A stretch of DNA of 60,031 nt from Clostridia bacterium (GCA_035399665.1 DAOPJM010000009.1:1-60031), one strand, 5' to 3'; shown: positions 28,819 through 38,764, counted from the first letter of the stretch. Notes: generated from the letters alone by a model not told the origin. Program-made: numbers and translations.

Positions 28819-30072
28819 CTAAACCGTTGCCTTAATCTTTTGAATCTTGGCAAAGCGCGGCATGCCATTCTCAAACTCGTTGTCAAGTCTGCCCTGAATA
28901 AGCGGAAGTATATAATCCAAATACTCCTGCGTGACGCCGTTTTCGTCGGCATTTATCCAGCTCCTCGGAACCTTCTTTTCAGTATTGGCCGCGAGTGCAA
29001 GATCTATTGGACGAACTACACAGCGATAGTTTCCGTCCTCATCAGTTTCGCGTATCAAAGCCGCCATGACATCGGTTACACCGGAGAGCGCAAGCTCAAC
29101 AGCGCCCTTGCCAACCATGTAGGATTCCTTCACATCGGTTTCGGAAGCACAATGCGCCGCGCAGCGCTGCAGCAGAGACATTTCTATACCGCGAATCTTG
29201 ATGTTGCCAAGGCGTGATTTGACCATGGAAACAAGTGTGGAGGCTAAACCGCCAAGCTGCTTATGCCCAAAGCAGTCAACAGGGGCAGTGTCCGCGCCGT
29301 ACTCAGCAATAAGAGTCCCATTGTTGTCATGAATACCTTCGGATACGGCAACAAGGCATTCACCCGTCTGACGGTAAATGCGCGTAACATCCTCTAAGAA
29401 GCGGTCAACGTTGAAATTGACTTCGGGCAGATAGATAAGATCGGGGCCATAGCCTAAGTGTTTCGCAACTGAAGCGGAGGCAGCAAGCCATCCGGCGTGA
29501 CGTCCCATAATCTCGACAATGCATATCATCTTGGTGTCATAGACCCTTGCGTCAAGGTAAAGCTCCATGCAGCTTGTAGCTACATACTTTGCGGCGGAAG
29601 GGAAGCCGGGGCAGTGGTCCGTACCCCAAAGGTCGTTGTCAATGGTCTTTGGCACACCAATAATCATACAAGGATAGCCTGCTGACTTCATAAACTTGGA
29701 AATCTTATTGCAGGTATCCATGGAGTCATTGCCGCCATTGTAAAAGAAATAGCGAACGTTGTACTTCTTGAACACCTCTAATATACGGCGATAGTCCGTA
29801 TCGTCATCCTCATGATTCTTTAGCTTATATCTGCATGATCCCAAAAAGGCGGAAGGGGTATGAAGCAAAAGCTCCAATTCCTTGGGGTCTTCTTTGTCAA
29901 GGTCATAAAGCTCGTCATTGATAATACCTTTGATACCATGAGCCGCACCCAGCACTCTGGTGATGGCGCTTGACTTCATTGCCGTGTCGATAACACCGTA
30001 TGCGCTCGCATTAATGACGGCGGTGGGGCCACCGGACTGACCGATGATACACGCGCCAACTAACTGTTCCAT
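28819..30072 (-). CDS. pfp: Phosphofructokinase with PPi-dependent signature
   Basis: GQSGGPTAVIN, LGSCRYK, GGNDS, PKTIDND, EIMGRHAGW. Confidence 0.85.
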   Translation of the reverse strand: MEQLVGACIIGQSGGPTAVINASAYGVIDTAMKSSAITRVLGAAHGIKGIINDELYDLDKEDPKELELLLHTPSAFLGSCRYKLKNHEDDDTDYRRILEVFKKYNVRYFFYNGGNDSMDTCNKISKFMKSAGYPCMIIGVPKTIDNDLWGTDHCPGFPSAAKYVATSCMELYLDARVYDTKMICIVEIMGRHAGWLAASASVAKHLGYGPDLIYLPEVNFNVDRFLEDVTRIYRQTGECLVAVSEGIHDNNGTLIAEYGADTAPVDCFGHKQLGGLASTLVSMVKSRLGNIKIRGIEMSLLQRCAAHCASETDVKESYMVGKGAVELALSGVTDVMAALIRETDEDGNYRCVVRPIDLALAANTEKKVPRSWINADENGVTQEYLDYILPLIQGRLDNEFENGMPRFAKIQKIKATV

Positions 30073-30163
30073 ATCGTACCTCCGAAATTCTCAAGAGATT
30101 ATATCATAATCAAGAGAGAAATCAACACCACATGTCGAAAAAGAGCAAATTGTATATATTATT

Positions 30164-31126
30164 TTACACAGAATGACTTTTTCTGCAAAACTCAAAGAAA
30201 TCCAAAAGCGAATGCTTGTAGCCATTAGTATCCTCATACCAGCAGGTGCAATGGTCGGCGATTTCGGAGGACACAAAGAACTTGGGAGCGGTACAGGCTT
30301 TGAAGTTCTCCTCGCCCATGTAGTAGGGAACAAGCGTATCCTTCTTGCCGTGGAAGAACAACACGGGAACTTTGCTTTCGCTAAGCGACTTAGTTGGGGA
30401 TACCTTCCAAAGTCCGATGCCTGCAATAAGACGGCACCACATACCCATAAGAAACAGGGTGGGGAAGGTGGGAATATGAAACTCTGTATTCAGAACGTAC
30501 TGAAATTCTGCCGCGACAGAGCTGAAGCCACAGTCGGATACTATCCCCAAAACATTTCGCGGAAGCTCAAGGTTTGAAGCCATCATAACGGTCGCGGCGC
30601 CCATAGACTGTCCCGAAAGGAATATAGGAAGCTCAGCGCCAAAGCGTTCGCTCATCAGCTTAGTCCATTGCAGGCAGTCATACCGCTCCCTCACTCCATA
30701 GCATATCCAGCGCCCTTCACTGCGGTTGTGTGAGCGTTGATCCGGAAGCAGAACGTTATAACCGAGCTTATGAAAGAACACAGCCTGCGCCCCGTAATCC
30801 TTCTCAGACTTTGAACGCAGCCCATGAAAACATATAACGGTGCCGATGGCGGATGTTTCAGCGAGCAGAAGCCGAGACGCGAGCTTAAGCTCGTCGAAGG
30901 ATTCAATATAAATGGTTTCCATGGGCAAGGACTCAATTTCAGACACGTCAGCGTATATGCGCTCAGCAAATTTGCCGCGTGCCGAGGTGGTCAGCGAATT
31001 GTCCCGAAACAACCCATCATAGTCAATGCGAAGTATGCCCCTAAAGGCGGCGACAAGCGCCAACGCAAGACAAGCCGCGATAAGCAAGCCCACAGCGGAC
31101 AGTAAAATAATCAAGAATGTACTCAT
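30164..31126 (-). CDS. Membrane-anchored alpha/beta hydrolase (YqkD-like)
   Basis: N-terminal TM, CFHG, DQRSHNRSEG, GQSMG nucleophile, HGKKD, C-terminal His. Confidence 0.85.
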   Translation of the reverse strand: MSTFLIILLSAVGLLIAACLALALVAAFRGILRIDYDGLFRDNSLTTSARGKFAERIYADVSEIESLPMETIYIESFDELKLASRLLLAETSAIGTVICFHGLRSKSEKDYGAQAVFFHKLGYNVLLPDQRSHNRSEGRWICYGVRERYDCLQWTKLMSERFGAELPIFLSGQSMGAATVMMASNLELPRNVLGIVSDCGFSSVAAEFQYVLNTEFHIPTFPTLFLMGMWCRLIAGIGLWKVSPTKSLSESKVPVLFFHGKKDTLVPYYMGEENFKACTAPKFFVSSEIADHCTCWYEDTNGYKHSLLDFFEFCRKSHSV

Positions 31127-31276
31127 GAAAACCTCCGTGAGCTATTCTACCACATCAGAAGTTCATATACAACAAGATATATTTATTTCTTAACAGCTTA
31201 TAGTCGCAAAAGGACTTTCATTTTACAAAAAGTGTGGTACAATGACAATGTAATTTCCATGTATAGGGGAGGACTT

Positions 31277-31573
31277 ATGCAGCTTATTAAGAACGGAATC
31301 TGCGGAACCATGGAATCCAGCGATATCATGATACGCATTGAACCGAGAGACAACGGCGGTATTGAAATCCAACTGTCGAGCAGCGTAATGCAGCAATTCG
31401 GCAAGCAGATTGAGAAGGTCATCCGCGAGACGTTGACAGACCTTGATGTGGTGAATGCCTTCGTCAAGGCCGACGATAAGGGCGCTTTGGATTGCACCAT
31501 TCGCGCAAGGGTCAACACGGCCGCATACCGTGCCGCTGAAAGCACGGACTATGTTTGGAGGACAAAGGAATGA
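31277..31573 (+). CDS. citD: Citrate lyase acyl carrier protein (gamma)
   Basis: CGTMESSD attachment motif, QQFGKQI, DKGALDCTIRAR; RBS before ATG 31277. Confidence 0.93.
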   Translation: MQLIKNGICGTMESSDIMIRIEPRDNGGIEIQLSSSVMQQFGKQIEKVIRETLTDLDVVNAFVKADDKGALDCTIRARVNTAAYRAAESTDYVWRTKE

Positions 31574-32457
31574 AGCAGCTGAGAAGAAGCATGTTGTTCG
31601 TTCCCGGCAACAATCCGGGAATGGTCAGGGACGCGTACATCTATGGCTCTGACTCGATCATGTTCGACTTGGAGGACTCCGTTTCCATAAACGAGAAGGA
31701 TTCGGCAAGGTTCCTCGTATATCAGGCTCTGTCAAGCCTTCGCTATGGTAAGAAGGAGCGTGTAGTCCGTATAAACGATCTTACTACCGGACTTGGCATA
31801 AAGGACTTGGAGGCCATTGTCCGTGCGAAGCCCGATGTTATCCGACTTCCCAAGACGGAGACAGCTCAGGACGTGATAGACTGCGAACGCGAGATCGCAA
31901 GGATTGAAAGCGAAGCAGGTATAGAGGTCGGCAGCACCCATATGATGGCGGCCATAGAAAGCGCAAGGGGCGTCCTGAACGCTTATGATATAGCCGTTTC
32001 ATCGAAGCGCTTGATCGGTATCGCATTGGGCGCAGAGGATTATGTAACCGATCTTAAGACGACAAGAAGCGACGGAACCGAGCTGTTCTTTGCAAGAAAC
32101 ATGATATTGAATGCCGCAAGAGCCGCTGGCATTGACGCTATTGATACGGTCTATTCCGACATTAATAACGAAGAAGGATTCATCGCTGAAGTCAGACTCA
32201 TCAAGAAGCTTGGCTTTGACGGCAAGAGCGTTATCAACCCGCGCCAGATCCCGCCGCTGCATAAGGAGTTCATGCCCAGCGAGAAGGACCTGCAAAAGGC
32301 AAAGGCAATAATGGCCGCGATAGCGGAAGCCAATGCCAAGGGCAGCGGCGTCGCCAGCCTTAAGGGTAAGATGATAGACAAGCCTGTCGTTATCCGCGCC
32401 GAGAGGTTGCTTGAGCTTGCGCAGCTCGCATACTCCATGCCTGTAGAGGAGATATAA
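31570..32457 (+). CDS. citE: Citrate lyase beta subunit (citryl-ACP lyase)
   Basis: RRSMLFVPGNNP, FDLEDSV, AIESARG, LGAEDY, GKSVINPRQI; ATGA overlap with citD. Confidence 0.95.
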   Translation: MKQLRRSMLFVPGNNPGMVRDAYIYGSDSIMFDLEDSVSINEKDSARFLVYQALSSLRYGKKERVVRINDLTTGLGIKDLEAIVRAKPDVIRLPKTETAQDVIDCEREIARIESEAGIEVGSTHMMAAIESARGVLNAYDIAVSSKRLIGIALGAEDYVTDLKTTRSDGTELFFARNMILNAARAAGIDAIDTVYSDINNEEGFIAEVRLIKKLGFDGKSVINPRQIPPLHKEFMPSEKDLQKAKAIMAAIAEANAKGSGVASLKGKMIDKPVVIRAERLLELAQLAYSMPVEEI

Positions 32458-32458
32458 A

Positions 32459-34000
32459 ATGGATAAGTTAGAGTACGAAAGAGTCATTGAGATGAAGAAG
32501 GTGTCCGCTCCTCGCGGCAACTTCAACGGAACTTCCGCAAAGGAGACCGAGACTTTCTTTGAGAGAATGCACAGCAAGAACCGCGTTCTGCCCTCATTGA
32601 AGGACGCCATCATCAAGTCGGGCCTGAAAGACGGCATGACCATTTCCTTCCACCACCATTTCAGGAACGGCGACCATATCATCAACTACGTCATGGATGT
32701 CATAGCCGAAATGGGTATCAAGGATTTGACTATCGCGGCAAGCTCTTTGACGGACATTCACGCTCCCTTGATTGAGCATATCAAGAACGGCGTTGTAACC
32801 CATATTGAAACCAGCGGACTGCGCGGCGAGCTTGCCGACGCAATCTCACATGGCCTTATGGAATCCCCGATAACCTTCCGCTCCCATGGCGGCAGAGCGG
32901 CGGCTATCGAAAGCGGCGAGCTGCACATTGATGTGGCTTTCTTAGGTGCGCCTTCCTGCGACCCCTACGGCAACGCCAACGGTTACAGCCGTGACGATGA
33001 CAACGCCACGATGTGCGGCAGCTTGGGCTATGCAAGGCTTGACGCCATGTATGCAGACACCACCATAATACTTACGGATCATCTGGTTCGCTTCCCGAAC
33101 GCTCCTTTTGCCATTCCCGAATCAAACGTTGATTATGTCGTGTTCGTAGATTCCATCGGCGATTCCAAGGGTATAATGAGCGGCGCAACACGCTATACCA
33201 AGAATCCTAAGGAACTGTTGATTGCAAAGACTGCGGCCGATGTAATCGAAGCCTCCGGATACTTTTACGATGGTTTTTCCATGCAGATGGGAAGCGGCGG
33301 CGCATCGCTTGCAACAGCAAGGTTCATCCGTGAAAAGATGGAAGCCAAGAACATCCATTGCAGGTTTGCGTTGGGCGGCATTACCGGACAGATAGTAGAA
33401 ATGCACGAAGCCGGGCTGATCGACCGCATACTCGATGTGCAGTCCTTCGACCTCATCGCCGCGAACTCACTGAAGAACAACCGCTACCACATTCAGATCA
33501 ACGCTTCCTATTACGCGAGCTATCTGAACAGGGGCGCGGCCGTGAATCAGCTTGACTTTGTCATACTTTCAGCGCTTGAGATTGACACGGAATTCAATGT
33601 CAACGTCCTTACCGGCTTCGATGGAGTTATTCGCGGCGCTATCGGCGGTCATCCCGACACGGCCGAGGGCGCGAGTATGTCCGTAGTCGTTTGCCCGCTG
33701 ACAAGAGGCAGGATTCCGACCGTCGTCAAGAAGGTCAACACCGTAGTCACGCCCGGCAGAGTTGTAGACGTAGTCGTTACCGATCAGGGTATTGCGGTTA
33801 ATCCCAATCGCCCAGACCTGTATAAGAAGTTTCAGGACGCAGGTCTTCCGCTGTTCACCATCGAGCAGTTGGAGGAGCGCGCAGAGCGCATAGTCGGAAC
33901 GCCCGAACCCATCAAGTATAAGGACAGAATCGTCGGCGTGGTATTGTACCGCGACAACACAGTTATCGACACAATTCATCAAGTCGATGACGATGAATAA
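32459..34000 (+). CDS. citF: Citrate lyase alpha subunit (citrate CoA/ACP-transferase)
   Basis: LKDGMTISFHHHFRNGD, RSHGGR, GSLGYA, QMGSGGA, DVQSFD, GGHPDTA. Confidence 0.96.
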   Translation: MDKLEYERVIEMKKVSAPRGNFNGTSAKETETFFERMHSKNRVLPSLKDAIIKSGLKDGMTISFHHHFRNGDHIINYVMDVIAEMGIKDLTIAASSLTDIHAPLIEHIKNGVVTHIETSGLRGELADAISHGLMESPITFRSHGGRAAAIESGELHIDVAFLGAPSCDPYGNANGYSRDDDNATMCGSLGYARLDAMYADTTIILTDHLVRFPNAPFAIPESNVDYVVFVDSIGDSKGIMSGATRYTKNPKELLIAKTAADVIEASGYFYDGFSMQMGSGGASLATARFIREKMEAKNIHCRFALGGITGQIVEMHEAGLIDRILDVQSFDLIAANSLKNNRYHIQINASYYASYLNRGAAVNQLDFVILSALEIDTEFNVNVLTGFDGVIRGAIGGHPDTAEGASMSVVVCPLTRGRIPTVVKKVNTVVTPGRVVDVVVTDQGIAVNPNRPDLYKKFQDAGLPLFTIEQLEERAERIVGTPEPIKYKDRIVGVVLYRDNTVIDTIHQVDDDE

Positions 34001-34964
34001 CAACATCGAAGTCGGTGCGGCGGTAAGTCCGCTGCACCGACTTGAATATCAAGATTTACTGCTTAAGAGCGGAATAAGCGACGAGCATGACACGGATTAC
34101 ACCGCACTCCTGTTCGATGACTTCGGGCTCCTTGCCTGCGGTTCGCTGAAGGGCAATATCTTAAAACAAATAGCGGTCGATCAAAGGGGCGAGGGCGAGG
34201 GAGCATGTGCCGCCGTCGTCAGCGCTTTGGTGACCCATGCCTATAACGAGGGCTTTGGCAAGCTCTTTTTGTTTACAAAGCCGCAGCACAGAAGGCTGTT
34301 TGGCTCAATGGGCTTTTATCCGCTTGTAGAAAGCGGCGATATGCTTTTCATGGAAAACATGAAGAACGGACTTTCGGACTTTCTTGCGACCATACCCAAA
34401 AAGGATGGTTTTACGGGATGCGTGGTATGCAATTGCAATCCAATGACATACGGGCATCTTTTCCTTATCGAAACTGCTGCAAGGGAGTGCGACAGAGTAC
34501 TTGTGTTCGTGCTGTCGGAGGATGCTTCGGAGTTCTCTACGGACGTTCGCATGTCGTTTGTCAAGAGCTGTACCGAAGGGATACCCAATGTCGAGGTTTA
34601 CGCAAGCCGAGAGTACCTTGTTTCACGCGCCACCTTCCCTACATACTTTTTGAAGTCAACCATCGACGTCGAAAACTCGATAAGCGAACTGGATTTGCTG
34701 CTGTTTGCAAAGCGTATAGCACCGGAGTTGAATATCAAGCGTCGCTATGTCGGCACAGAACCCTACTGCGCCATAACTGCAAAGTATAATGAAACCATGA
34801 AACGCATACTCCCGAAATTTGGTATCGAGGTGCGAGAATTGGACCGCAAGGACGGTATAAGCGCAAGCAGGGTGCGCGAACTCCTGCATCAAGGCAAGGT
34901 TGATGAGATTCGCGGTCTTGTTCACCCCATAGTATATGATTACTGCAAAGATCACTTTAACTGA
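33993..34964 (+). CDS. citC: [Citrate (pro-3S)-lyase] ligase
   Basis: GNAT-like N-terminus, NCNPMTYGH, SRATFPTYF, RYVGTEP, ISASRVR; alternative ATG at 33987. Confidence 0.92.
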   Translation: MNNNIEVGAAVSPLHRLEYQDLLLKSGISDEHDTDYTALLFDDFGLLACGSLKGNILKQIAVDQRGEGEGACAAVVSALVTHAYNEGFGKLFLFTKPQHRRLFGSMGFYPLVESGDMLFMENMKNGLSDFLATIPKKDGFTGCVVCNCNPMTYGHLFLIETAARECDRVLVFVLSEDASEFSTDVRMSFVKSCTEGIPNVEVYASREYLVSRATFPTYFLKSTIDVENSISELDLLLFAKRIAPELNIKRRYVGTEPYCAITAKYNETMKRILPKFGIEVRELDRKDGISASRVRELLHQGKVDEIRGLVHPIVYDYCKDHFN

Positions 34965-36189
34965 GATGCTCGACTCGAGAGAGCGCAGAGCCGATAAACA
35001 ACGCAGATTAATTGAAACCTTCAACTGCGCTCTTATTTGCTTTACCATGAATATCGCGGGCGAAGTGAAACGCAGCAGCTTGACCGATTTTGCTTTCCGC
35101 TGCGGTGAATCTGCGATAATCAATAAGCTGGGCGATCCGTTGTACTATGAGGATTGTTCCTCACACACAGGTAACGAGAGCTTCTTTGTATACGACAATT
35201 ATACTGCTTCGCAGCTGAAGCATATAACCGAAAGCATTGAGGACGGCTCGCCCGTGGGCAGGCTTTATGACATGGACGTTTTGGACGCCGAACAAAATAA
35301 ACTTTCAAGAGTAAGTCCAAGAAGCTGCATAGTCTGTAACGGCACGGCCTCGGTATGCGCCAGAAACCGCGAACATGGACTGAATGCTGTTGTTGATAAG
35401 ACTAATTCAATACTCTTGAGCTTTGCGTCACAAGAGCTTGCGCGGATTGCCGTTGAAAGCCTTATCGCAGAGGTTCACACAACGCCGAAGCCGGGTCTTG
35501 TCGATGAAAACAATACTGGTTCACATAATGACATGGATGTGTCCATGTTTGAGTGCAGTGCAAACGCTCTCAATGATAGTTTTGTTCAAGCGACTATGGC
35601 GGGTCTTGCCGGTCAGCCAAGCTTCGAAGCGCTGCGACAGATTGGATTGTGTGCAGAGCAAGCCATGAATTCGGCAACCTGCGGAGTGAACACCCATCGC
35701 GGCGCAATCTATTCGTTCGTTTTACTGTTATACGGCTATGGAAGAGCCTTATCCTTTGGGAGCGATCCCTTTGAATGTGTAGAAGTCATGTGCGAAGGTG
35801 AGCTTAAAAGGATCGTATACGGAACTAACGGGGAGGATGTGCGTTTGCGTTATGGCGCCAACGGAGCGAAAGCCGAAGCTATGCGTGGATTTCCTACCGC
35901 AAGAGAAGCGGCAAAGCTGCTTGCCAATAATGAGCCGTTCAGCGTACTGCTTTGGATTATTTCTCAGACTGAGGATACCAACGTTTTGCACAGGGGCGGG
36001 GTAGAGGGGCTGAATTTTCTTCGCCAAGAATGCGTAAGAATATGGGTTATGAGTGCAGAGCAACAAAAAGAAGCGGCGCTTCAACTCGATAAGGAGTGTA
36101 TTAAGCGTCGCATAAGTCCTGGTGGGTCTGCCGATATGTTGGCTATGGCCCTGTTCATTTCAAAGGCTGACCTTTTTGTCAGTCGATGA
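34936..36189 (+). CDS. citXG: Fused CitX (holo-ACP synthase) + CitG (triphosphoribosyl-dephospho-CoA synthase)
   Basis: N-half EMLDSRERR, TMNIAG, GRLYDMDV, RSCIVC...CARNREH; C-half EVHTTPKPGLVD, NTHRGAI, ISPGGSAD. Confidence 0.88.
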   Translation: MITAKITLTEMLDSRERRADKQRRLIETFNCALICFTMNIAGEVKRSSLTDFAFRCGESAIINKLGDPLYYEDCSSHTGNESFFVYDNYTASQLKHITESIEDGSPVGRLYDMDVLDAEQNKLSRVSPRSCIVCNGTASVCARNREHGLNAVVDKTNSILLSFASQELARIAVESLIAEVHTTPKPGLVDENNTGSHNDMDVSMFECSANALNDSFVQATMAGLAGQPSFEALRQIGLCAEQAMNSATCGVNTHRGAIYSFVLLLYGYGRALSFGSDPFECVEVMCEGELKRIVYGTNGEDVRLRYGANGAKAEAMRGFPTAREAAKLLANNEPFSVLLWIISQTEDTNVLHRGGVEGLNFLRQECVRIWVMSAEQQKEAALQLDKECIKRRISPGGSADMLAMALFISKADLFVSR

Positions 36190-36682
36190 AACGAACAGCG
36201 GTTGGATCATAAAAGCCTCTTGCCTCAGGGCTTTCGTCAGGAACGCCGAGAGCTATAATTCCGAGTGGAGTACCGGATGCACCTGTCAAAGCCTTAACAG
36301 CGTTGGACCTTTCAACTACGGGATAGAGCCCGCACCAACAGCTGCCATATCCAAGCTCAACCGCCATCAGCATAATGTTGTCTATTGCCGCCGCGCAGTC
36401 CTGTTGCCAAAATCCGGTTTTGGGCTCCTCAACCTTGCCGCATACAATAATAGCGCAATAGGCGTCAAGAAGATGCCTGCAGTACGGCTGAGCCTCGGCA
36501 AGCTTCTTCTTCAAGCTGATGTTAGTTACAACAATAAACTCCCATGGACGACGGTTTCTTGCGCTGGGCGCCATCATACCCGCCTCAAGCAGAAGCTTAA
36601 TGTCTTCCTTTGATATTACAGCACCCTCTTTGAACTTGCGAATGCTGCGCCTTGACCAAATTGCTTCCTTAACATTCATCAA
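36179..36682 (-). CDS. Nitroreductase family protein
   Basis: RRSIRKF, APSARNRRPWEF, QDCAAAIDNIMLMAVELGYGSCW. Confidence 0.9.
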   Translation of the reverse strand: MMNVKEAIWSRRSIRKFKEGAVISKEDIKLLLEAGMMAPSARNRRPWEFIVVTNISLKKKLAEAQPYCRHLLDAYCAIIVCGKVEEPKTGFWQQDCAAAIDNIMLMAVELGYGSCWCGLYPVVERSNAVKALTGASGTPLGIIALGVPDESPEARGFYDPTAVRFID

Positions 36683-36706
36683 ATACTCCTAATCATATCA
36701 CAAGAC

Positions 36707-36726
36707 CCCCGCCTTAGGCGGCGGGG
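36707..36726 (-). terminator. GC-rich hairpin after msmX (weak terminator or mRNA stabiliser)
   Basis: CCCCGCC/GGCGGGG stem; no clear U-tract. Confidence 0.4.
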
Positions 36727-36745
36727 ATCCCGGGTATAGTGCGTA

Positions 36746-37873
36746 TTAAGCCTCAAAGAGGCTCAATTCAGTTTCAAGTGAGAAGAGCTGTATCAACTCG
36801 CCATTGATACGAACCTTGATGTTGGCGCCATATGGGAAGCCCATACGGTATTCCTGTGGCAGGTTGATAATCGGCAGGCGTAGAATAGCATCAGTGCCGA
36901 GAGCGTCGGTGTGCAGGTACAGCTCGCTGCCCATCATTTCGCATACATCTACGGTTGCGGGAATGGTGTTGGGCTGGTTGCCGACATGATCAATCTCGGT
37001 ATGCTCAGGGCGAATGCCCATAGTGACCTTCTGAGTGGTTACGCCGTTGTTTCGTAAAATCTGCTGTTTTGTCTCAGGCAGATCTATGCGATAGCCCGAA
37101 AGGTCAAGATAATAGCTTTTGCCGTCACAAATCAGATCCGCATCGAAGAAGTTCATTTGCGGTGTGCCAATGAAGCCCGCGACAAACTTGTTGTGAGGAC
37201 GATCGAAAACATCCGTAGGCGTGCCAATTTGCTGGACAAAACCGTCCTTCATGATGACGATACGATCACCTAAGGTCATGGCCTCTGTCTGGTCATGAGT
37301 AACATAGATGAAGGTGGTATCAAGGCGGTGTCTGAGCTTGATGATTTCGGCACGCATCTGATTACGAAGCTTAGCATCAAGGTTGGAGAGCGGTTCATCC
37401 ATGAGGAATACCTGAGGATCGCGAACGATAGCTCTTCCGATTGCGACACGTTGACGCTGACCGCCTGACAAAGCCTTGGGCTTCCTGTCAAGCAGCTCGG
37501 TGATGCCGAGTATTTCAGCCGCCGCGTTAACCTTTTCTTTGATTTCCGCCTTGGGAACCTTGCGCAGCTTAAGCGCGAAAGCCATATTCTCGAAAACAGT
37601 CATGTGAGGATAGAGCGCGTAGTTTTGAAAAACCATTGCGATATCTCTGTCCTTGGGGGGAACGTCATTAACGAGACGGTCACCGATGTACAGTTCGCCA
37701 TCGGTGATCTCCTCAAGGCCTGCCACCATACGAAGCGTAGTGGACTTACCGCAGCCTGAAGGACCTACCAGTACGATGAATTCCTTGTCCGCGATTTCAA
37801 GATTGAAATCGTGTACGGCTACGACGTCTTTGTCATAGACCTTCTTGAGATTCCTGAGTGATAAAGTTGCCAT
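36746..37873 (-). CDS. msmX: Multi-sugar ABC importer ATPase (MsmX/MalK/UgpC family)
   Basis: [44 protein letters not shown]-terminus. Confidence 0.93.
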   Translation of the reverse strand: MATLSLRNLKKVYDKDVVAVHDFNLEIADKEFIVLVGPSGCGKSTTLRMVAGLEEITDGELYIGDRLVNDVPPKDRDIAMVFQNYALYPHMTVFENMAFALKLRKVPKAEIKEKVNAAAEILGITELLDRKPKALSGGQRQRVAIGRAIVRDPQVFLMDEPLSNLDAKLRNQMRAEIIKLRHRLDTTFIYVTHDQTEAMTLGDRIVIMKDGFVQQIGTPTDVFDRPHNKFVAGFIGTPQMNFFDADLICDGKSYYLDLSGYRIDLPETKQQILRNNGVTTQKVTMGIRPEHTEIDHVGNQPNTIPATVDVCEMMGSELYLHTDALGTDAILRLPIINLPQEYRMGFPYGANIKVRINGELIQLFSLETELSLFEA

Positions 37874-38074
37874 TTGTCTCGACTCTAATGACGCAGCATC
37901 CGCTTTGCGTCACCTTGCAGGCGCGTGCTTTATCGCGCTTGCATTACGACAGGTCTCCACACTGCCGCACCGCGAGTCATGCGGGACTTCCATCCTTTCA
38001 TTTTACGCAGGTCGCGGCAAGGAAGTGGAGTGCCGCGAGGCGCTTAATTACGGGTACTATATATAACAATACCC
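37874..38074 (-). ncRNA. Structured ~200-nt 5' leader of msmX (candidate cis-regulatory RNA)
   Basis: At least five hairpins and mutually exclusive long-range pairings between the predicted +1 (~38074) and the ATG (37873); details in findings. Confidence 0.55.
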
Positions 38075-38079
38075 TCATG

Positions 38080-38108
38080 AATGTATCATAAGGGCAAGGC
38101 TTTGTCAA
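38080..38108 (-). promoter_or_regulatory. sigmaA promoter of msmX
   Basis: TTGACA-17-TACATT with extended TG. Confidence 0.7.
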
Positions 38109-38121
38109 GGCTAATTTATAG

Positions 38122-38625
38122 TTAAAGAATGACTTTGAACAGATCGTAAAATTTCTTGTAGAACTCAAAATCGTTGTAATAATAATCATAATTCGCGCTT
38201 GAGAAAGCCATATAAAGGAGCACGAAGTATAAAAGGAGCATCAGAGTAAAGACAGCTCCGCATACCACACCCGCAATTGCCATTCCCCTTAATGGTCTGC
38301 CTTCGATTCTGTTTGTTTTTGCAAGACCGACAGCCGCAAGTATAAGCCCAATCGGAGCAAGCCAAAAAGTCATCGTCAGAACAAATCCGGTAATGATTAG
38401 GCCTCTCGGCGCGGATGCTTTAGAGTTTTGTGAAATAACCGCGTATGGCATATTCGGCTCCGCTCCGCTGTCAACATTCAACTGAACGGGAGCAACAACG
38501 CTTGGCGCGGTGTAAGATACTAAATTGGAGGAAGTCGCACGGGTTTCTGTCTCTACCGTTGCTCCGCAGGAGGGGCAGAATCTCATATTATCTTGGAGCT
38601 CACAGCCACAATTTCGACAGAACAT
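38122..38625 (-). CDS. Zinc-ribbon + DUF4190-like membrane protein
   Basis: MFCRNCG...FCPSCG, then TM segments with GLILAAVGL...G...AIAG motif; GGAGG RBS before ATG 38625. Confidence 0.75.
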   Translation of the reverse strand: MFCRNCGCELQDNMRFCPSCGATVETETRATSSNLVSYTAPSVVAPVQLNVDSGAEPNMPYAVISQNSKASAPRGLIITGFVLTMTFWLAPIGLILAAVGLAKTNRIEGRPLRGMAIAGVVCGAVFTLMLLLYFVLLYMAFSSANYDYYYNDFEFYKKFYDLFKVIL

Positions 38626-38661
38626 GGATTTTACCTCCGAAATGATGTTGATGTATGGCAT

Positions 38662-38690
38662 ATTCTATCATGCCCCAAAACCTGTGTCAA
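38662..38690 (-). promoter_or_regulatory. sigmaA promoter of the zinc-ribbon membrane gene
   Basis: TTGACA-17-TAGAAT with extended TG. Confidence 0.75.
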
Positions 38691-38726
38691 GAAACATGTT
38701 GCTCCCTCATTCGGCACTGATTTTCG

Positions 38727-38757
38727 AAAAGAAAAAAGTCCCAACGCAGGGACTTTT
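38727..38757 (-). terminator. Terminator after the tRNA-Ser pair
   Basis: AAAAGTCCC/GGGACTTTT stem, T-run on the minus strand. Confidence 0.8.
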
Positions 38758-38764
38758 CTTATCT

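Noticed and set aside
37900-37915. GACGCAAAGC in the msmX leader resembles the c-di-GMP-I riboswitch core
   Set aside because: The upstream GCAAAC..GAAA hairpin and downstream GGYCUAA receptor are missing.
37845-38189. Short ORFs over the msmX leader, including a 27-codon possible uORF (MEVPHDSR...)
   Set aside because: No properly spaced SD and no informative residue runs; the region is better explained by RNA structure.
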